A stretch of DNA of 64,000 nucleotides from Bacteroidales bacterium (GCA_050291445.1 JBNKJW010000196.1:3615-67614); one strand, 5' to 3'; shown: positions 35,401 through 45,407, counted from the stretch's first letter. Notes: generated from the sequence alone by a model not told the origin. A program made the numbers and translations.

Positions 35401-37126
35401 AAGTTGCGTTACTTGCAAAAAAACGTTTTAATTCAAACAACGCAGAACCCTTGTAGGAATAGGAAGTGCTGTCGTTCTCAAATAAATCAATATCAAAACT
35501 ACTTTTTTTAAGGTTCAACCGACGAATGGATAGCTGCCTTACAAAATTGGTGGTTAAAATTGCCAATGGGCTCTTTTTCTCAACCGAATCGTTTTTTAGT
35601 TGTTGTTTTTGCCACAGTTTTAACTTAAAATCCGAAGGGCTGATGTATAAACCGGCGATATTTAATATCCTGTTATGATACAATCGGTGAAAATTGACTC
35701 CTGTTATTTTCAGTCTGGGTGTTCTGATATTCAGACTATTACCTGTTCTTTTCTTTCTTATGGCTCTAAGTGATAAGCCAGTTGCTTCAATAATTTTTGT
35801 ACCTGATGAAATGGCAATTGATTTTGCATTCAGTAAATGCACCTTATCCGGCAGGCGAGCGCTAAAAGTGTCAAGTGCAAGTCGGATACTGTCAGAATAA
35901 AATACTTTTGCCAGGTCATTGCCTGCATTTTCGTATAAATAAAATTTAAAAAGGTTAAGCGAAAAATGCCTTGCTTTATAAGTAGGCGATCTTAGCCACG
36001 ATTGGTGAAAAAAGCCCAGCTCGCCGTCATTTATGTTAAGTGTGTCAATTTTAACCGAATTGAGTTTGCCTGCAATTAAATTTGAAAGGTCAATTTCCAT
36101 TGTTTGGTTATAGGCACTTTTTGCTTTTCTACTTCTTTTAAGTTTATTTACAACTTTTACAGCGGGCGAGGAAATATCAATTTGCCCAATTTTTATATCG
36201 CTTTTAAAATACAATTCGTGTATGTTAAAGTTCCTGAGTTCAATGGTTGGTGAAGATATCTGAAAATAATTTTTATTAATATCATTTAAAAAGCCTGGGG
36301 ATTGATTAATGGGCTGCATACCCACATTTTTTGCAATTAACTTTGAGGATTTTGTAGATATGTCCACTGAATCAGCATAGATAAAATGTACTTTGTCGCT
36401 AAGACTAACTTTATAGTCGGTAAGGTTGAGCTGTAAGTCGTTGGCATAGAATAGCTTTTCCTTTTTCAAGAATGTTTCTTCATTCAATAGAAAATCAAAG
36501 AGATGCACCGAAACATAGCCAAGGTGGGTGGTTTTTATAAGACTGTCTTGGTTTAGTTTGAGTAAAAATTTACCATTATCAAGAATAATTTTCTTAATCC
36601 AGACTTCATTAAGGTATTTTGATATGGCCGGGTATAAATCTTCGTGCACAAAATCTCTGGATTCTTGCTCTACTGTATCCCTCCCTGGTAGTTTTTTGAG
36701 TTCAATTACTGGATCTTCCAGTTTTAATTCGTTGGCCTTTAATTTTCCTTTTGATAGCAGTCGATAAACGTTGGTGCCCCATAATTCTATCGAGTTGCAG
36801 CTGATATTGTAAAGGGCAGCCTTCACCTCTTTTTTTTCGAGCATACGGTTATAAACAGCAGTGTCTGATGTTAGCTCAAAACCTTTAAGGGCTAGCCTTC
36901 GTGTACTTAACTCAAGGCTTATTTTTTCAAAATCAATGGAGAATAAGCCTTCCGTGCGTTCATAAACTTTGTTTTGTAGGTAGGTTTTTAGTAATGGAGT
37001 AGCCAGAAAGAATAAAAAGGCATCAATAATGATGAAAACAGCAACTAAAAAGTAAATAGTTTTTAGCCACCATCTTTTTTTTCGTACCTTTTTGTCGGGT
37101 TTTGTATGCTCAGTGCTTTCCTCCAC
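32414..37126 (-). CDS. Very large AsmA-like / TamB-like membrane-anchored protein
   Basis: 1570-aa ORF with an N-terminal TM anchor (WWLKTIYFLVAVFIIIDAFLFFLA). It has long repetitive beta-rich content typical of AsmA-like lipid-transfer/assembly proteins and a Lys-rich C-terminal ~100 aa. The family call is tentative. Confidence 0.5.
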   Translation of the reverse strand: MEESTEHTKPDKKVRKKRWWLKTIYFLVAVFIIIDAFLFFLATPLLKTYLQNKVYERTEGLFSIDFEKISLELSTRRLALKGFELTSDTAVYNRMLEKKEVKAALYNISCNSIELWGTNVYRLLSKGKLKANELKLEDPVIELKKLPGRDTVEQESRDFVHEDLYPAISKYLNEVWIKKIILDNGKFLLKLNQDSLIKTTHLGYVSVHLFDFLLNEETFLKKEKLFYANDLQLNLTDYKVSLSDKVHFIYADSVDISTKSSKLIAKNVGMQPINQSPGFLNDINKNYFQISSPTIELRNFNIHELYFKSDIKIGQIDISSPAVKVVNKLKRSRKAKSAYNQTMEIDLSNLIAGKLNSVKIDTLNINDGELGFFHQSWLRSPTYKARHFSLNLFKFYLYENAGNDLAKVFYSDSIRLALDTFSARLPDKVHLLNAKSIAISSGTKIIEATGLSLRAIRKKRTGNSLNIRTPRLKITGVNFHRLYHNRILNIAGLYISPSDFKLKLWQKQQLKNDSVEKKSPLAILTTNFVRQLSIRRLNLKKSSFDIDLFENDSTSYSYKGSALFELKRFFASNATFANDKSPLFYSDQFKLVLNNFQQDLKDKVHVLKAKSVEISTIDSLVEVAGFKIFPKDKNTELKLITENKIYDIDLIQAYIRGIDINKAYNDSNFSAKSISLLRPNIKIFNNQSPKRNFEKTSRTSAKRKNHSVSDSSNASTFKRLISSYFKRVNLNTFNIDNANIKVTDFDSTGRTDLVMKGKLSARINKFYFNPIAQAAKEQISYSDNFSFRITDYFGKLFQKNYQLKFKRARFSSRDSILTASVVRLFPTKSYENSDKGRQLFSFYAPTVESRGIKINDLIDKDIINLGKLTIENPSLALTKKNTKKENTTPLLTKTDSVRKAMNIASIKFNEINIKDGVFGILKESFNLEKLTSHTKLNLSIKNLELDTFVLANPKEIFSTLDAQLLLTETHFQLPDSLHFIDLDTLVLNTNKKQITAQNFAFTSDHSPGRQKKRTSLEELIIPELSFDGFELGNLITDRTILSDKIYLEEPQITISVNKRLSGTMAKISQLNLYEKIRKSFRAVNLNHINANNASLNYHTIDGFKSTNRLLGQLFANISGLIIDSLHQNDGRLLSADDISLNIKNQSLNFSDSLYHLTIKDLGFSTGKKSVFAKGIFLNPNYGRQEYADLRQKEINLSYLKTSELKAENVDFHRFLDNREFIADRINLDRVQFHAYKYKQYSMDSVQKIALPLNYIWKAKNRIKIDTLKITNSYIGHDILGKNAMEDGFLDFTRVNIEMLNLTNDSLAIANEEDTKIKASAYLMDEALLTSSFHFPIASKYGEYVYGGHLDTFNMSSVNPLLENLLFVTIQDGTINSLDFNVVANEDYSTGKLIMLYDDLKLGLLSKKKSDSLVVEKRGLFSMVANSIVRDKNPRRKAIGPKKGRVYFERNPYRSIFNYWTFSLLSGMQSTLGFKSKQLKERLKIEKDSSKLSKKDNKKNYRLTKKSQKVYDKQIEQELKDQEKYRKKEERQEKKGKRKNKKPATDVAFLKPENEGIIPQIEKARGSFGRD

Positions 37127-37268
37127 AAAAAAAACAATTATTTTTTATCAAAGTTGCTGATTTTGATAAAGATAAGAATTAGAATAATAAGGTTGCGCTA
37201 ATGTATGAAATTCTTTACAAAAAATATACGTTTATGTAAATTAAGCGTTAAATGTTTTTAGATAAATA

Positions 37269-37296
37269 AAAAACAGGAACCTAAGCCCCTGTTTTT
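37269..37296 (-). terminator. Intrinsic terminator of the GH57 gene
   Basis: The minus-strand transcript reads AAAAACAGG-GGCUUAGGUU-CCUGUUUUU, followed by UAUUUAUC. It starts 5 nt after the stop codon at 37301. Confidence 0.65.
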
Positions 37297-37300
37297 ATTT

Positions 37301-38929
37301 TTATTCAGTTTTTTTACTGGGTCTGCCAGGCCGTTTCTTTTCAGTTTTTGGCTTTTTAGAAGTAGCTTTTTTTGCTGTGGAAGTTTTTTTTGTGCTTGCT
37401 GCCTTTTTTATTGTTGAAGTGGCCTTTTTTTTGGCAGTACCATTAGTCTTTTTTGTTTTTGGTTCTTCAATAGCTATATTTTCTTTTTTTGTTTTGCTTA
37501 TTGGCTTGGCCGTTTTTTTTGTAGCAGAAATAGCCGTTTTTTCTTCTTTCGTTTTTTCAATTGCCACAGCTTTTGCTTTCGTTTTTGAGATAGCTTTTGT
37601 GGCAGGTTTAGTTTTATCTATCACTTTTGGCTTTAATTTATCTTTCAGCTCGTCAATGGTTTTTTCATATTTTTTAATCAATGCTTTTACCTGGCTCTCA
37701 CTTAATCCTGAAATATCGTTCATTTGTACAGGTTTTTCGGCTTTGGTTTTTGTGCATAACCTGCCTTTAAAGTCGCTAAGTACATTCATGTAATTAATAA
37801 AGGCCTGGTAAGGAGTGTCGTAAGGGTTAAAATAACCATGAACTGCACCATCCGAGAAGAATTTTGTACACATATAGTAAAAATGATCGCTGTTTTGCAA
37901 ATTCAACCAATCCCTCTGTATTGTTTTGTCATCTATTTGACTTACTAGTTCTTCTATTTCGTATAGTTTGTCAAAAGCTTCATTCTGTAGCTCATTTCCC
38001 AACCAGGCTGTTAAATCGCGCTCCTCATCAGCCCACGAAATAGGGTAGGGGACATTATAAGCAGCAATAGGTTGGTGGCTGTCGGCAACTTCGGATGGTG
38101 TTGCAAACTTAAAGCCAGCATTTTTAAACACCTCCGCCGGGAGCGCCTTTAAAAAGTCAAAAATTCCTGTTTCTTTCCATTGGTGTTCTCCAAAGGTTTC
38201 ATAGTCCATAAACAGGTTTACTACTTCTTCTTTTTTATCAATAGCTTTTAACCAGCCTGCAAATTTATCTGCAGTCAGGGGCCAACCCTCCCATGCTTCA
38301 TTTGAAAACCTAAAAGCAATGTCATCACTCAATTTAAAGTTCTTGAGCAATATTTTCAACTTGGGGTTGTGTGCATTAAAATACAGATAATTAGGGCTTT
38401 TCCATCCCAAAACATGCTTTGCTCCTTCTGTAAGCATTGCCTTGTATCCCATATTGGCTATTGTTTCGCCAATGGCATCACTGTAAATTAGTTCTGTGTT
38501 TCTGAAAACTTTAGGTTCTTGTCCAAAATGCTCTTTTATTTTTGCTTTATGGAGCTCTATTTGCCTTATAAATTCTGATTCATTTTTTAATGCGGCCAAA
38601 GAATGTGAATAGCTTTCGGAAAGAAATTCTACCGACCCGGTTTGAGCCAGTTTTTTGAAACTTTCAAGTACTTCGGGTGCATATAATTCAAATTGGTCGA
38701 GGGCACTACCCGAAATCGAATAACTAATTTTAAATTTGTCGCCATATTTTTTAATCAGGCCAAGCATTACCTCATTAGCAGGGAGGTAGCAATTTTTAGC
38801 TATTTTCCTGATGATTGATTCATTGGCATAGTCATCATAATAATAATGATCGTGGCCAATGTTGAAAAAACGATAATTTTTTAACCTAAATGGTTGGTGA
38901 ACCTGAAAATAAAAGCATAAGGTCTTCAT
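37301..38929 (-). CDS. Glycoside hydrolase family 57 (alpha-amylase-type) with Lys-rich C-terminal tail
   Basis: 542-aa ORF with a GH57 N-terminus (MKTLCFYFQVHQPFRLKNYRFF) and DYETFGEHQW. The last ~125 aa are low-complexity K/T/A-rich and end in KKRPGRPSKKTE. Confidence 0.85.
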   Translation of the reverse strand: MKTLCFYFQVHQPFRLKNYRFFNIGHDHYYYDDYANESIIRKIAKNCYLPANEVMLGLIKKYGDKFKISYSISGSALDQFELYAPEVLESFKKLAQTGSVEFLSESYSHSLAALKNESEFIRQIELHKAKIKEHFGQEPKVFRNTELIYSDAIGETIANMGYKAMLTEGAKHVLGWKSPNYLYFNAHNPKLKILLKNFKLSDDIAFRFSNEAWEGWPLTADKFAGWLKAIDKKEEVVNLFMDYETFGEHQWKETGIFDFLKALPAEVFKNAGFKFATPSEVADSHQPIAAYNVPYPISWADEERDLTAWLGNELQNEAFDKLYEIEELVSQIDDKTIQRDWLNLQNSDHFYYMCTKFFSDGAVHGYFNPYDTPYQAFINYMNVLSDFKGRLCTKTKAEKPVQMNDISGLSESQVKALIKKYEKTIDELKDKLKPKVIDKTKPATKAISKTKAKAVAIEKTKEEKTAISATKKTAKPISKTKKENIAIEEPKTKKTNGTAKKKATSTIKKAASTKKTSTAKKATSKKPKTEKKRPGRPSKKTE

Positions 38930-38956
38930 TCAGTATGATTTTTTAGTTTTATTCAA

Positions 38957-40396
38957 TTAGTTACTTAATAGATTAGTATATAAATCTCTGATTTTCCCAG
39001 CAGCGTTGTCCCATTTAATGTTTTCAACTTCTTCTTTTCCTAGTCTTCTAAACATTTCAGAAAGGCCATCATAGCTAATTAATCCATAAATAGAGTCTGC
39101 AATGGCATCAATATCCCAGAAATCTACTTTAATAGCATGCTTTAATACCTCTGCCACTCCTGATTGTTTTGAAATAATAACCGGAACATTGGAACGCATT
39201 GCCTCTAATGGCGATATGCCGAAAGGTTCTGAAACAGAGGGCATTACGTAAACATCGCTGATGGCAAACATATGATCTACATCTTTGCCTTTTAAAAAAT
39301 TGGTAAAATGGAATTTATCTGCAATCTTTAATTCAGCTGCCCGTTTTATCATTCGGTAAAGCAAATCGCCACTTCCTGCCATAACAAATTTTACATTTTG
39401 TGTTTTTTGAAGTACTTTATGAGCAGCTTCAATAAAATATTCAGGCCCTTTTTGAAAGGTTATTCTTCCTAAGAATGTGACTATTTTTTCTTTTACATTT
39501 TTTGTGTAAAGGTGTTGGATTTCTTCTTTTGGTAGTACGCCATTATGCACAACTGTAACTTTTTCCGGGTCGGCCCCATATTTGTTAATTACGGTTTCTC
39601 GGGTCAAGTTACTCACTGTAATTATTAGGTCGGCGTTTTGTATCCCATATCTTTCTATATCGTAAACAACCTGGTTAACATGTTCTCCAGAACGGTCAAA
39701 TTCAGTGGCATGAACATGTACTACTAACTTTTTGCCCGACATTTGTTTGGCTGCAACGCCTGATGGATAGGTTAACCAGTCATGTGCATGTATTACATCA
39801 AAGTCTTCATTTTTAGCAAGTTCCGCAGCTACTAAGGCATAGTTGGAAACCTCGGTAATTAAACTATAGCCATACGAACCAGAGAAATTAAATTTCACTT
39901 TGTTTTCTGAACTTTGGCGTAATAAAGATGGAACATGGACTTCAACTTCCTGTCCATTGATAATAAAAACTATACTACCATCTTCTTTTACTTTTATCGT
40001 TTCTTCAACCTCAGGGTTGCCGGCAAATTGCTTTTCAAAGTCTTCGGGGCTAATATAGGGCCGAAGCAGCGATGCAATTTCAATAAACTTAATCTTTTCA
40101 ATAGCATCGGTACTTAACGATTGGTCTAAAAACTGCTGGACTTTTTTGTTTGTATCAAATTTTTTTCCTTTAGTAAAATGATGCTTTTCATGAATGGTTT
40201 GTTGATCAACTTCAATATCCTCGGCGTTTACAAAACTGGCTACCGAATTATCTTCGTCTCCATAGGCTTTAGGTACAACAAAAATTACTTGTAAATCATC
40301 ATAAACAGCGAGTGCCTTTGTAAGCCCATAACAAGCTGTTCCCAACCCTCCAGTTATATGAGGCGGAAACTCCCATCCAAACATCAATACTTTCAT
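38957..40396 (-). CDS. GT4-family glycosyltransferase (glycogen synthase-like)
   Basis: 479-aa ORF. It has MKVLMFGWEFPPHITGGLGTACYGL at the N-terminus and the EPFGISPLEAM (E-x7-E) motif. Confidence 0.8.
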   Translation of the reverse strand: MKVLMFGWEFPPHITGGLGTACYGLTKALAVYDDLQVIFVVPKAYGDEDNSVASFVNAEDIEVDQQTIHEKHHFTKGKKFDTNKKVQQFLDQSLSTDAIEKIKFIEIASLLRPYISPEDFEKQFAGNPEVEETIKVKEDGSIVFIINGQEVEVHVPSLLRQSSENKVKFNFSGSYGYSLITEVSNYALVAAELAKNEDFDVIHAHDWLTYPSGVAAKQMSGKKLVVHVHATEFDRSGEHVNQVVYDIERYGIQNADLIITVSNLTRETVINKYGADPEKVTVVHNGVLPKEEIQHLYTKNVKEKIVTFLGRITFQKGPEYFIEAAHKVLQKTQNVKFVMAGSGDLLYRMIKRAAELKIADKFHFTNFLKGKDVDHMFAISDVYVMPSVSEPFGISPLEAMRSNVPVIISKQSGVAEVLKHAIKVDFWDIDAIADSIYGLISYDGLSEMFRRLGKEEVENIKWDNAAGKIRDLYTNLLSN

Positions 40397-40455
40397 TAGC
40401 TACGGTTTTTAGTTATTTATTATCAGGTTTAAATTATTTGTTTATTTATTGTATT

Positions 40456-42405
40456 TTAAGTATTTACTTCTTCAAACTGTTCGATAATGGTTTTCAGCCT
40501 TAAAAGTTCAGCAACACTCCATGCTTGCGAAACTGCACCTTTGGCTGCATGTGGTGGATTTCCATCATAAATTTCGGAGATAGTTCCAATGCCTGCATTG
40601 GTCATTTCCTCTTCAAACCCATAATAAAGATCTTTAATAAGTTGAAGGCCAGAGTTTTTATGAACTTTTAAATAGGCTTCGCTAAAATGACCCACTAACC
40701 AGGGCCAGGCAGTTCCCTGGTGGTAGGCTCTGTCTCTTTCTTCCTGGTTACCTTCATAAGTACCAATATACATTGGGCTTTTTGGAGATAAAGTTCTTAG
40801 TCCTTTTGGTGTAAGTAGATCATTTTGAACAACATCAAGCACCATTTTACATTGATCAATTGTTAGCATAGAATAAGGCAATGATGCAGCAAAAACCTGG
40901 TTGGGCCTTACATCCCAATTTTTCGACTTTTCATCCACGTAATCAGCAAGGTACATTTTTTCATCAGACCAAAACATTTCAATAAATGACTCTTTGATTT
41001 GTTCTGGTAGTTTTTCCCATTTATTTACAAATTTGGTATCCCCGGATTCTTTGGCTAATTCAATAGCAAAATTAACTGCATTGTACCAAAGCGCATTAAT
41101 TTCAACGTTGTATCCCATTCTAGGTGTTACTGGTAATTGTCCAATAATAGCATCCATCCAGGTTAATGCATATCCTGTTTTGCAGGCATAAATTAGGCTA
41201 TTTTCATGCATTGCAATGTTGAAATCAGTGCCTTTTTTATAATTATCTAAAATTGAGCGGATTTTGCTACCGTAGTCTTTCCAAACTGTTTTAGGGTCGT
41301 TGGTTGAACTTGTGTATTGCTGTAGGGACCAGATGTACCATAGAGGTGCATCCGCTGAATTGTAATTTGCGTTATGGTCAGTCGCCATGTTTTTAAACAA
41401 CCCATTCTTCAACTCTTTCGAAGAGCTGTCTAGAATTTCTTTGGCAGTTTTTATATCCCCGTGGGCCAAAGTCAGCCCTGGCATTGCAATAAAGGTGTCT
41501 CTACCCCAGGTTCCAAACCAGGGAAAGCCTGCAATTACCTGTGTTTTTTTATTTCTACGTACAATAAATTGTTGCGCCGAATTAATCAGGCAATTTTCAA
41601 AACTGTCACGCGGAATTCTTTTTTTTATTTCTGAAGTAAACTTTCTTTTCAACCCATTTGGTTCTATTTCTGATAAACTGCCTGAAAGGATGATACTTTC
41701 GCCTTTTTTTAATGGAAATTCAAAATATCCAGGTACAAACAAGTCTTCTGTAAATTCATAACCTCTTTTCTCTTCCTCACTGTATTCTACGTTATAAAAC
41801 CAATCAGGGGCATGCACATAATCGGTTTTTTTTGAGGTTTGCATAAATAAATAGGGATATTCTCCATACATTTTGGTTTTAATACCATTTTTAGTATTAA
41901 AATACTTCGTGTTTACTGAAAGGTTTGCTTTGTTCAACTGATGACTGTTTCTGAATACCAAAAAAGGATGAAGCCTGATAATTGTTGGTGAGTTTGCACT
42001 CAGCAGGGTGTACCTTAAAAGCACCTGTTCTTCTTCACTGGCAAGAAGCATCTCTTTTTGCAATACAACTCCACCTACCCGGTAGGTAATAGCTGGAATT
42101 GGGTGGGTGTTAAAATCCCTGATATATTTGTGTCCAGGGTGCATAACACCAGGGTATTTCCTAACAGCAAGGTGAAACTCTTTGTCGTGTTGTATTATTG
42201 TTTCGTCGATGGCTGAAATTAAAACATGGTTCTGGCCATCAATTTGATCCATTGGGCAAACAAGTAAACCATGGTATTTCCTTGTGTTACAGTTTATTAT
42301 GGTGCTGCCACCAAAGGAGCCAGCCCTGTTTGATCTGATAAACTCTTTTGATAAGGAATACTTTAGGTTGATTAGTTGCGTTTTATCAAATTCAATGTAC
42401 GACAT
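40456..42405 (-). CDS. Glycogen debranching enzyme (amylo-alpha-1,6-glucosidase, GDE_N + GDE_C)
   Basis: 649-aa ORF. It has GFPWFGTWGRDTFIA, YNSADAPLWY and QAWSVAELLR motifs, typical of bacterial GDE/GH133-like enzymes. Confidence 0.85.
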   Translation of the reverse strand: MSYIEFDKTQLINLKYSLSKEFIRSNRAGSFGGSTIINCNTRKYHGLLVCPMDQIDGQNHVLISAIDETIIQHDKEFHLAVRKYPGVMHPGHKYIRDFNTHPIPAITYRVGGVVLQKEMLLASEEEQVLLRYTLLSANSPTIIRLHPFLVFRNSHQLNKANLSVNTKYFNTKNGIKTKMYGEYPYLFMQTSKKTDYVHAPDWFYNVEYSEEEKRGYEFTEDLFVPGYFEFPLKKGESIILSGSLSEIEPNGLKRKFTSEIKKRIPRDSFENCLINSAQQFIVRRNKKTQVIAGFPWFGTWGRDTFIAMPGLTLAHGDIKTAKEILDSSSKELKNGLFKNMATDHNANYNSADAPLWYIWSLQQYTSSTNDPKTVWKDYGSKIRSILDNYKKGTDFNIAMHENSLIYACKTGYALTWMDAIIGQLPVTPRMGYNVEINALWYNAVNFAIELAKESGDTKFVNKWEKLPEQIKESFIEMFWSDEKMYLADYVDEKSKNWDVRPNQVFAASLPYSMLTIDQCKMVLDVVQNDLLTPKGLRTLSPKSPMYIGTYEGNQEERDRAYHQGTAWPWLVGHFSEAYLKVHKNSGLQLIKDLYYGFEEEMTNAGIGTISEIYDGNPPHAAKGAVSQAWSVAELLRLKTIIEQFEEVNT

Positions 42406-42565
42406 AGGTTTTTAGTTTTGGTTGATTAGTGAAAATTTGATAGTTATTGCAAAAATGACACAAAAAAATCAATTATATGGTAAATATAATAGTTTACTTT
42501 TAGATTTAGCTTTAAATTATTTTTTTTGTTTAAAATTATTCTAAATAATTCAATTTAGTGTTGAT

Positions 42566-42970
42566 TTATATTGAAATTAATGTTAAAATTATATTTCTCT
42601 CTGATCTGGGGCCATCAAATTCGCAAAAAAAAATGTTTTGCCATGTTGATAAACCCAGTTTTCCGTTTATTATTGGAACGGTTTCACTGGGTCCCACTAT
42701 CCCGGCCTTTAAATGAGCATCGCCATTACCATCTTGCGCATCATGCAGCCAAACACCATTAGGCATCAGCTTTTTTAAAAGGTTGATAACATCTAGCTGC
42801 ACGGAGTTATCCCAGTTTTCTTGTATCATAATAGCTGCTGTGGCACCTTGTGAGTAAATAGATGCAATTCCGTTTTCTACTCCACTACTAACTACTATTG
42901 AAGAAATTTCTGATGTAATATCATAAAGTCCATTGTGTTTATCTGTTTTTAGTTTAATAGTTTGTTGCAT
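42566..42970 (-). CDS. yjbQ: YjbQ/UPF0047 family protein (secondary thiamine-phosphate synthase enzyme)
   Basis: 134-aa ORF. GLYDITSEI...TAAIMIQENWDNSVQLD...NGDAHLKAGIVGPSETVPI matches the YjbQ pattern. Confidence 0.8.
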   Translation of the reverse strand: MQQTIKLKTDKHNGLYDITSEISSIVVSSGVENGIASIYSQGATAAIMIQENWDNSVQLDVINLLKKLMPNGVWLHDAQDGNGDAHLKAGIVGPSETVPIINGKLGLSTWQNIFFCEFDGPRSERNIILTLISI

Positions 42971-43010
42971 TTTAACTAGCTTAGCTAAAAATTTTACTTA
43001 AAGTTATAAA

Positions 43011-44018
43011 ATGATTTGCTTACGATCAGAAGTTTATCCAAATTTTTTTCAAAAAAAAATTGATTATTCGCAAAAAACTGCATTTATTGGTTCTTGCTTT
43101 GCCGAAAATATTGGTGAAAAATTCAAAAGATCCAAGTTGCCCTGTATTATTAACCCGTTTGGCATTCTTTATAACCCCCAGTCGGTAAATTCTGCATTGC
43201 TAGCTATTCTTGAAAATAAAATTTATAAAGAGGATGATTTAGATTTCTTTAATGAAAAATGGATAAGTTTTGCCCATCATGGACAATTTTCAGGAGCTAA
43301 CAAAGCTGAAGTTTTAAAAAATATTAATGAACAGTTAAAGGCAGCGCATGTTTTTCTGCAACAGACCAATGTTCTTTTAGTCACTTTTGGTACAGCCTGG
43401 GTATACAAACTGAAAAAATCAAACGAAGTTGTGGCCAATTGCCATAAAGTTCCTGCAAATGAGTTTGATCACTTTTTGTTAACATCTCAGGAAATTATTG
43501 ATAATTATGTGCAATTTCTTCAAAAAATAAGAGCTTTTAACCCAAATATTGAAGTTGTTTTTACAGTTAGCCCTGTAAGGCACTGGAAAGATGGTGCTGT
43601 AAATAACCAATTGAGTAAATCAATACTATTTGTGGCTGTACATGAGCTCATTAGTAAATTTGATTTTGTTCACTATTTCCCATCTTACGAAATATTAATG
43701 GACGACTTAAGAGATTATCGATTTTATGCAGATGATTTATTTCATCCGAATCAATTGGCCATTGATTATATCTGGGAAAAATTTAGCAAGACTTTTTTTA
43801 ATGAAAAAACGATTGAAACGACAGAACGAATAGAAAAACTGCAAAAAAACCTCTCCCACAGGGTCTTTTACCCACAAACCGAGGCTTACAGAAAGTTCAT
43901 CATTAGTAATTTTAAACTTATTGGGAATCTTCAGGTTCAGTTTCCAGCGATTGATTTTGAACGAGAATTGAACCATTTTAAACATGAAGCAGAGAAATAT
44001 TGGCCGGGGGAGTTTTAA
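43011..44018 (+). CDS. GSCFA domain-containing protein
   Basis: 335-aa ORF containing the eponymous motif IGSCFAENIG plus VTFGTAWVY and DDLFHPN. Confidence 0.85.
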   Translation: MICLRSEVYPNFFQKKIDYSQKTAFIGSCFAENIGEKFKRSKLPCIINPFGILYNPQSVNSALLAILENKIYKEDDLDFFNEKWISFAHHGQFSGANKAEVLKNINEQLKAAHVFLQQTNVLLVTFGTAWVYKLKKSNEVVANCHKVPANEFDHFLLTSQEIIDNYVQFLQKIRAFNPNIEVVFTVSPVRHWKDGAVNNQLSKSILFVAVHELISKFDFVHYFPSYEILMDDLRDYRFYADDLFHPNQLAIDYIWEKFSKTFFNEKTIETTERIEKLQKNLSHRVFYPQTEAYRKFIISNFKLIGNLQVQFPAIDFERELNHFKHEAEKYWPGEF

Positions 44019-44132
44019 TGAAATTGTATATTGGTATATTTGAAATTAGTACCTAAAAATATGTAATTGCTTATTCAAATTTTTAATACACATGTAGCCA
44101 ATTAATACATAATACAATTGTTATCAGCACAG

Positions 44133-45407
44133 TTAGTCATTTCTATCCAAGCAAAGTACCTTAATCAACTCAATTTTAGGACCATCCATTTTTAATATTT
44201 CAAGCACAAAATTATTGATGGTTATTTTTTCACTTTCAACTGGTATTTCTTCATGATAGTGCAAGATATAGCCAGCAATTGTTTCAAATTCTTCCTCTTC
44301 GGGTATGTTTAGGTTGTATTTTTCATTGATATAATCAATTTCTAACCTTCCTGAAAAAATAAATTCGTTATCCGAAAGCTGTTCTTCTTTTAGATCAGAA
44401 GAATCATGTTCGTCTTCAATTTCTCCAAATATTTCTTCAATAATATCCTCAATAGTCACAATTCCTGATGTTCCACCAAATTCATCAACCACCAGTGCAA
44501 TGCTTTTATGTTCTTTCATAAACGAGTTAAAGAGCTTGCTTGCAGCCATGGTTTCAGGCACTATTATCAAACTTTTAAGCATTGATGAAATATTTGTTGG
44601 GTTGTGGAACAGGTCTGTTGATTGCACATAGCCAATAATATTATCAATGCCTTCTTTATAAACAAGGATTTTAGAAAAACCGGTTTCAATGAATTTTTCT
44701 TTTAGCTTTTCAACAGGACTGTTCAATTCGAGTGCAATAACCTCATTTCGTGGTATGATACATTCCCTGAGTTTTACTTTTGAAAAATCAAGTGCATTCT
44801 GGAAAAGCTTTACATCATGCTCTATTTCATCTTCGTAATTATTTTCATCTTTGCTTTGGTCAATAATGTGATCAAGATCAATTGCGCTGAAGACTACTTT
44901 TTCCTGTTTATCATTAATCTTAACCTTAAAAAAGATGTGTAGCAAAAAAGATGAGATGAGCATAATTATTTTTGCCACGGGAAATAGTAACACATAGATA
45001 GTGATTGTCGGGAGCGAAAAAACATTCAGGCTTTTATTTGGATTTATCCTGAAAAGAGTTTTTGGTAAAAATTCAGCTGTGACTAAAATTATTAAGGTAG
45101 AAATAATTGTTTGAATAATAAGAATTGCAAATTCAGAAGTTATGTTAATAGCATTAATTAAAGGGGTGAGCTCCAGTGCCATTAAATAACCATAAATAAC
45201 CAGTGCTGCATTGTTTCCAACTAACATTGTTGTGATGTACTGGCTGGGGCTTTTTGTTAAAAACGAGACTATTTTAGAACCATAGCCACCTTGTTTTTTA
45301 TCCAGTTCAAGTCTTAGTTTATTAGCTGATACAAATGCAATTTCAAGCCCCGAAAAAAAGGCTGAAAACAATAGCGAAATAAAAATAAACAGGATATTTA
45401 CACTCAA
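44133..45407 (-). CDS. CNNM/hemolysin-family membrane protein with CBS pair and CorC_HlyC domain (GldE-like)
   Basis: 424-aa ORF with a TTG start. It has an N-terminal DUF21-type TM region (FFSGLEIAFVSANKLRLELD), a CBS region (MIPRNEVIAL) and VVDEFGGTSGIVTIEDIIEEI. Confidence 0.85.
   Translation of the reverse strand: MSVNILFIFISLLFSAFFSGLEIAFVSANKLRLELDKKQGGYGSKIVSFLTKSPSQYITTMLVGNNAALVIYGYLMALELTPLINAINITSEFAILIIQTIISTLIILVTAEFLPKTLFRINPNKSLNVFSLPTITIYVLLFPVAKIIMLISSFLLHIFFKVKINDKQEKVVFSAIDLDHIIDQSKDENNYEDEIEHDVKLFQNALDFSKVKLRECIIPRNEVIALELNSPVEKLKEKFIETGFSKILVYKEGIDNIIGYVQSTDLFHNPTNISSMLKSLIIVPETMAASKLFNSFMKEHKSIALVVDEFGGTSGIVTIEDIIEEIFGEIEDEHDSSDLKEEQLSDNEFIFSGRLEIDYINEKYNLNIPEEEEFETIAGYILHYHEEIPVESEKITINNFVLEILKMDGPKIELIKVLCLDRND

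Noticed and set aside
37377-37793. 138-aa plus-strand ORF opposite the GH57 tail. A 113-aa ORF at 53348..53689 and others lie opposite the ftsZ linker.
   Set aside because: These are mirror images of Lys/Glu-rich low-complexity coding sequence. Poly-AAA/GAA codons read as Phe/Ser/Leu-rich open frames on the other strand.
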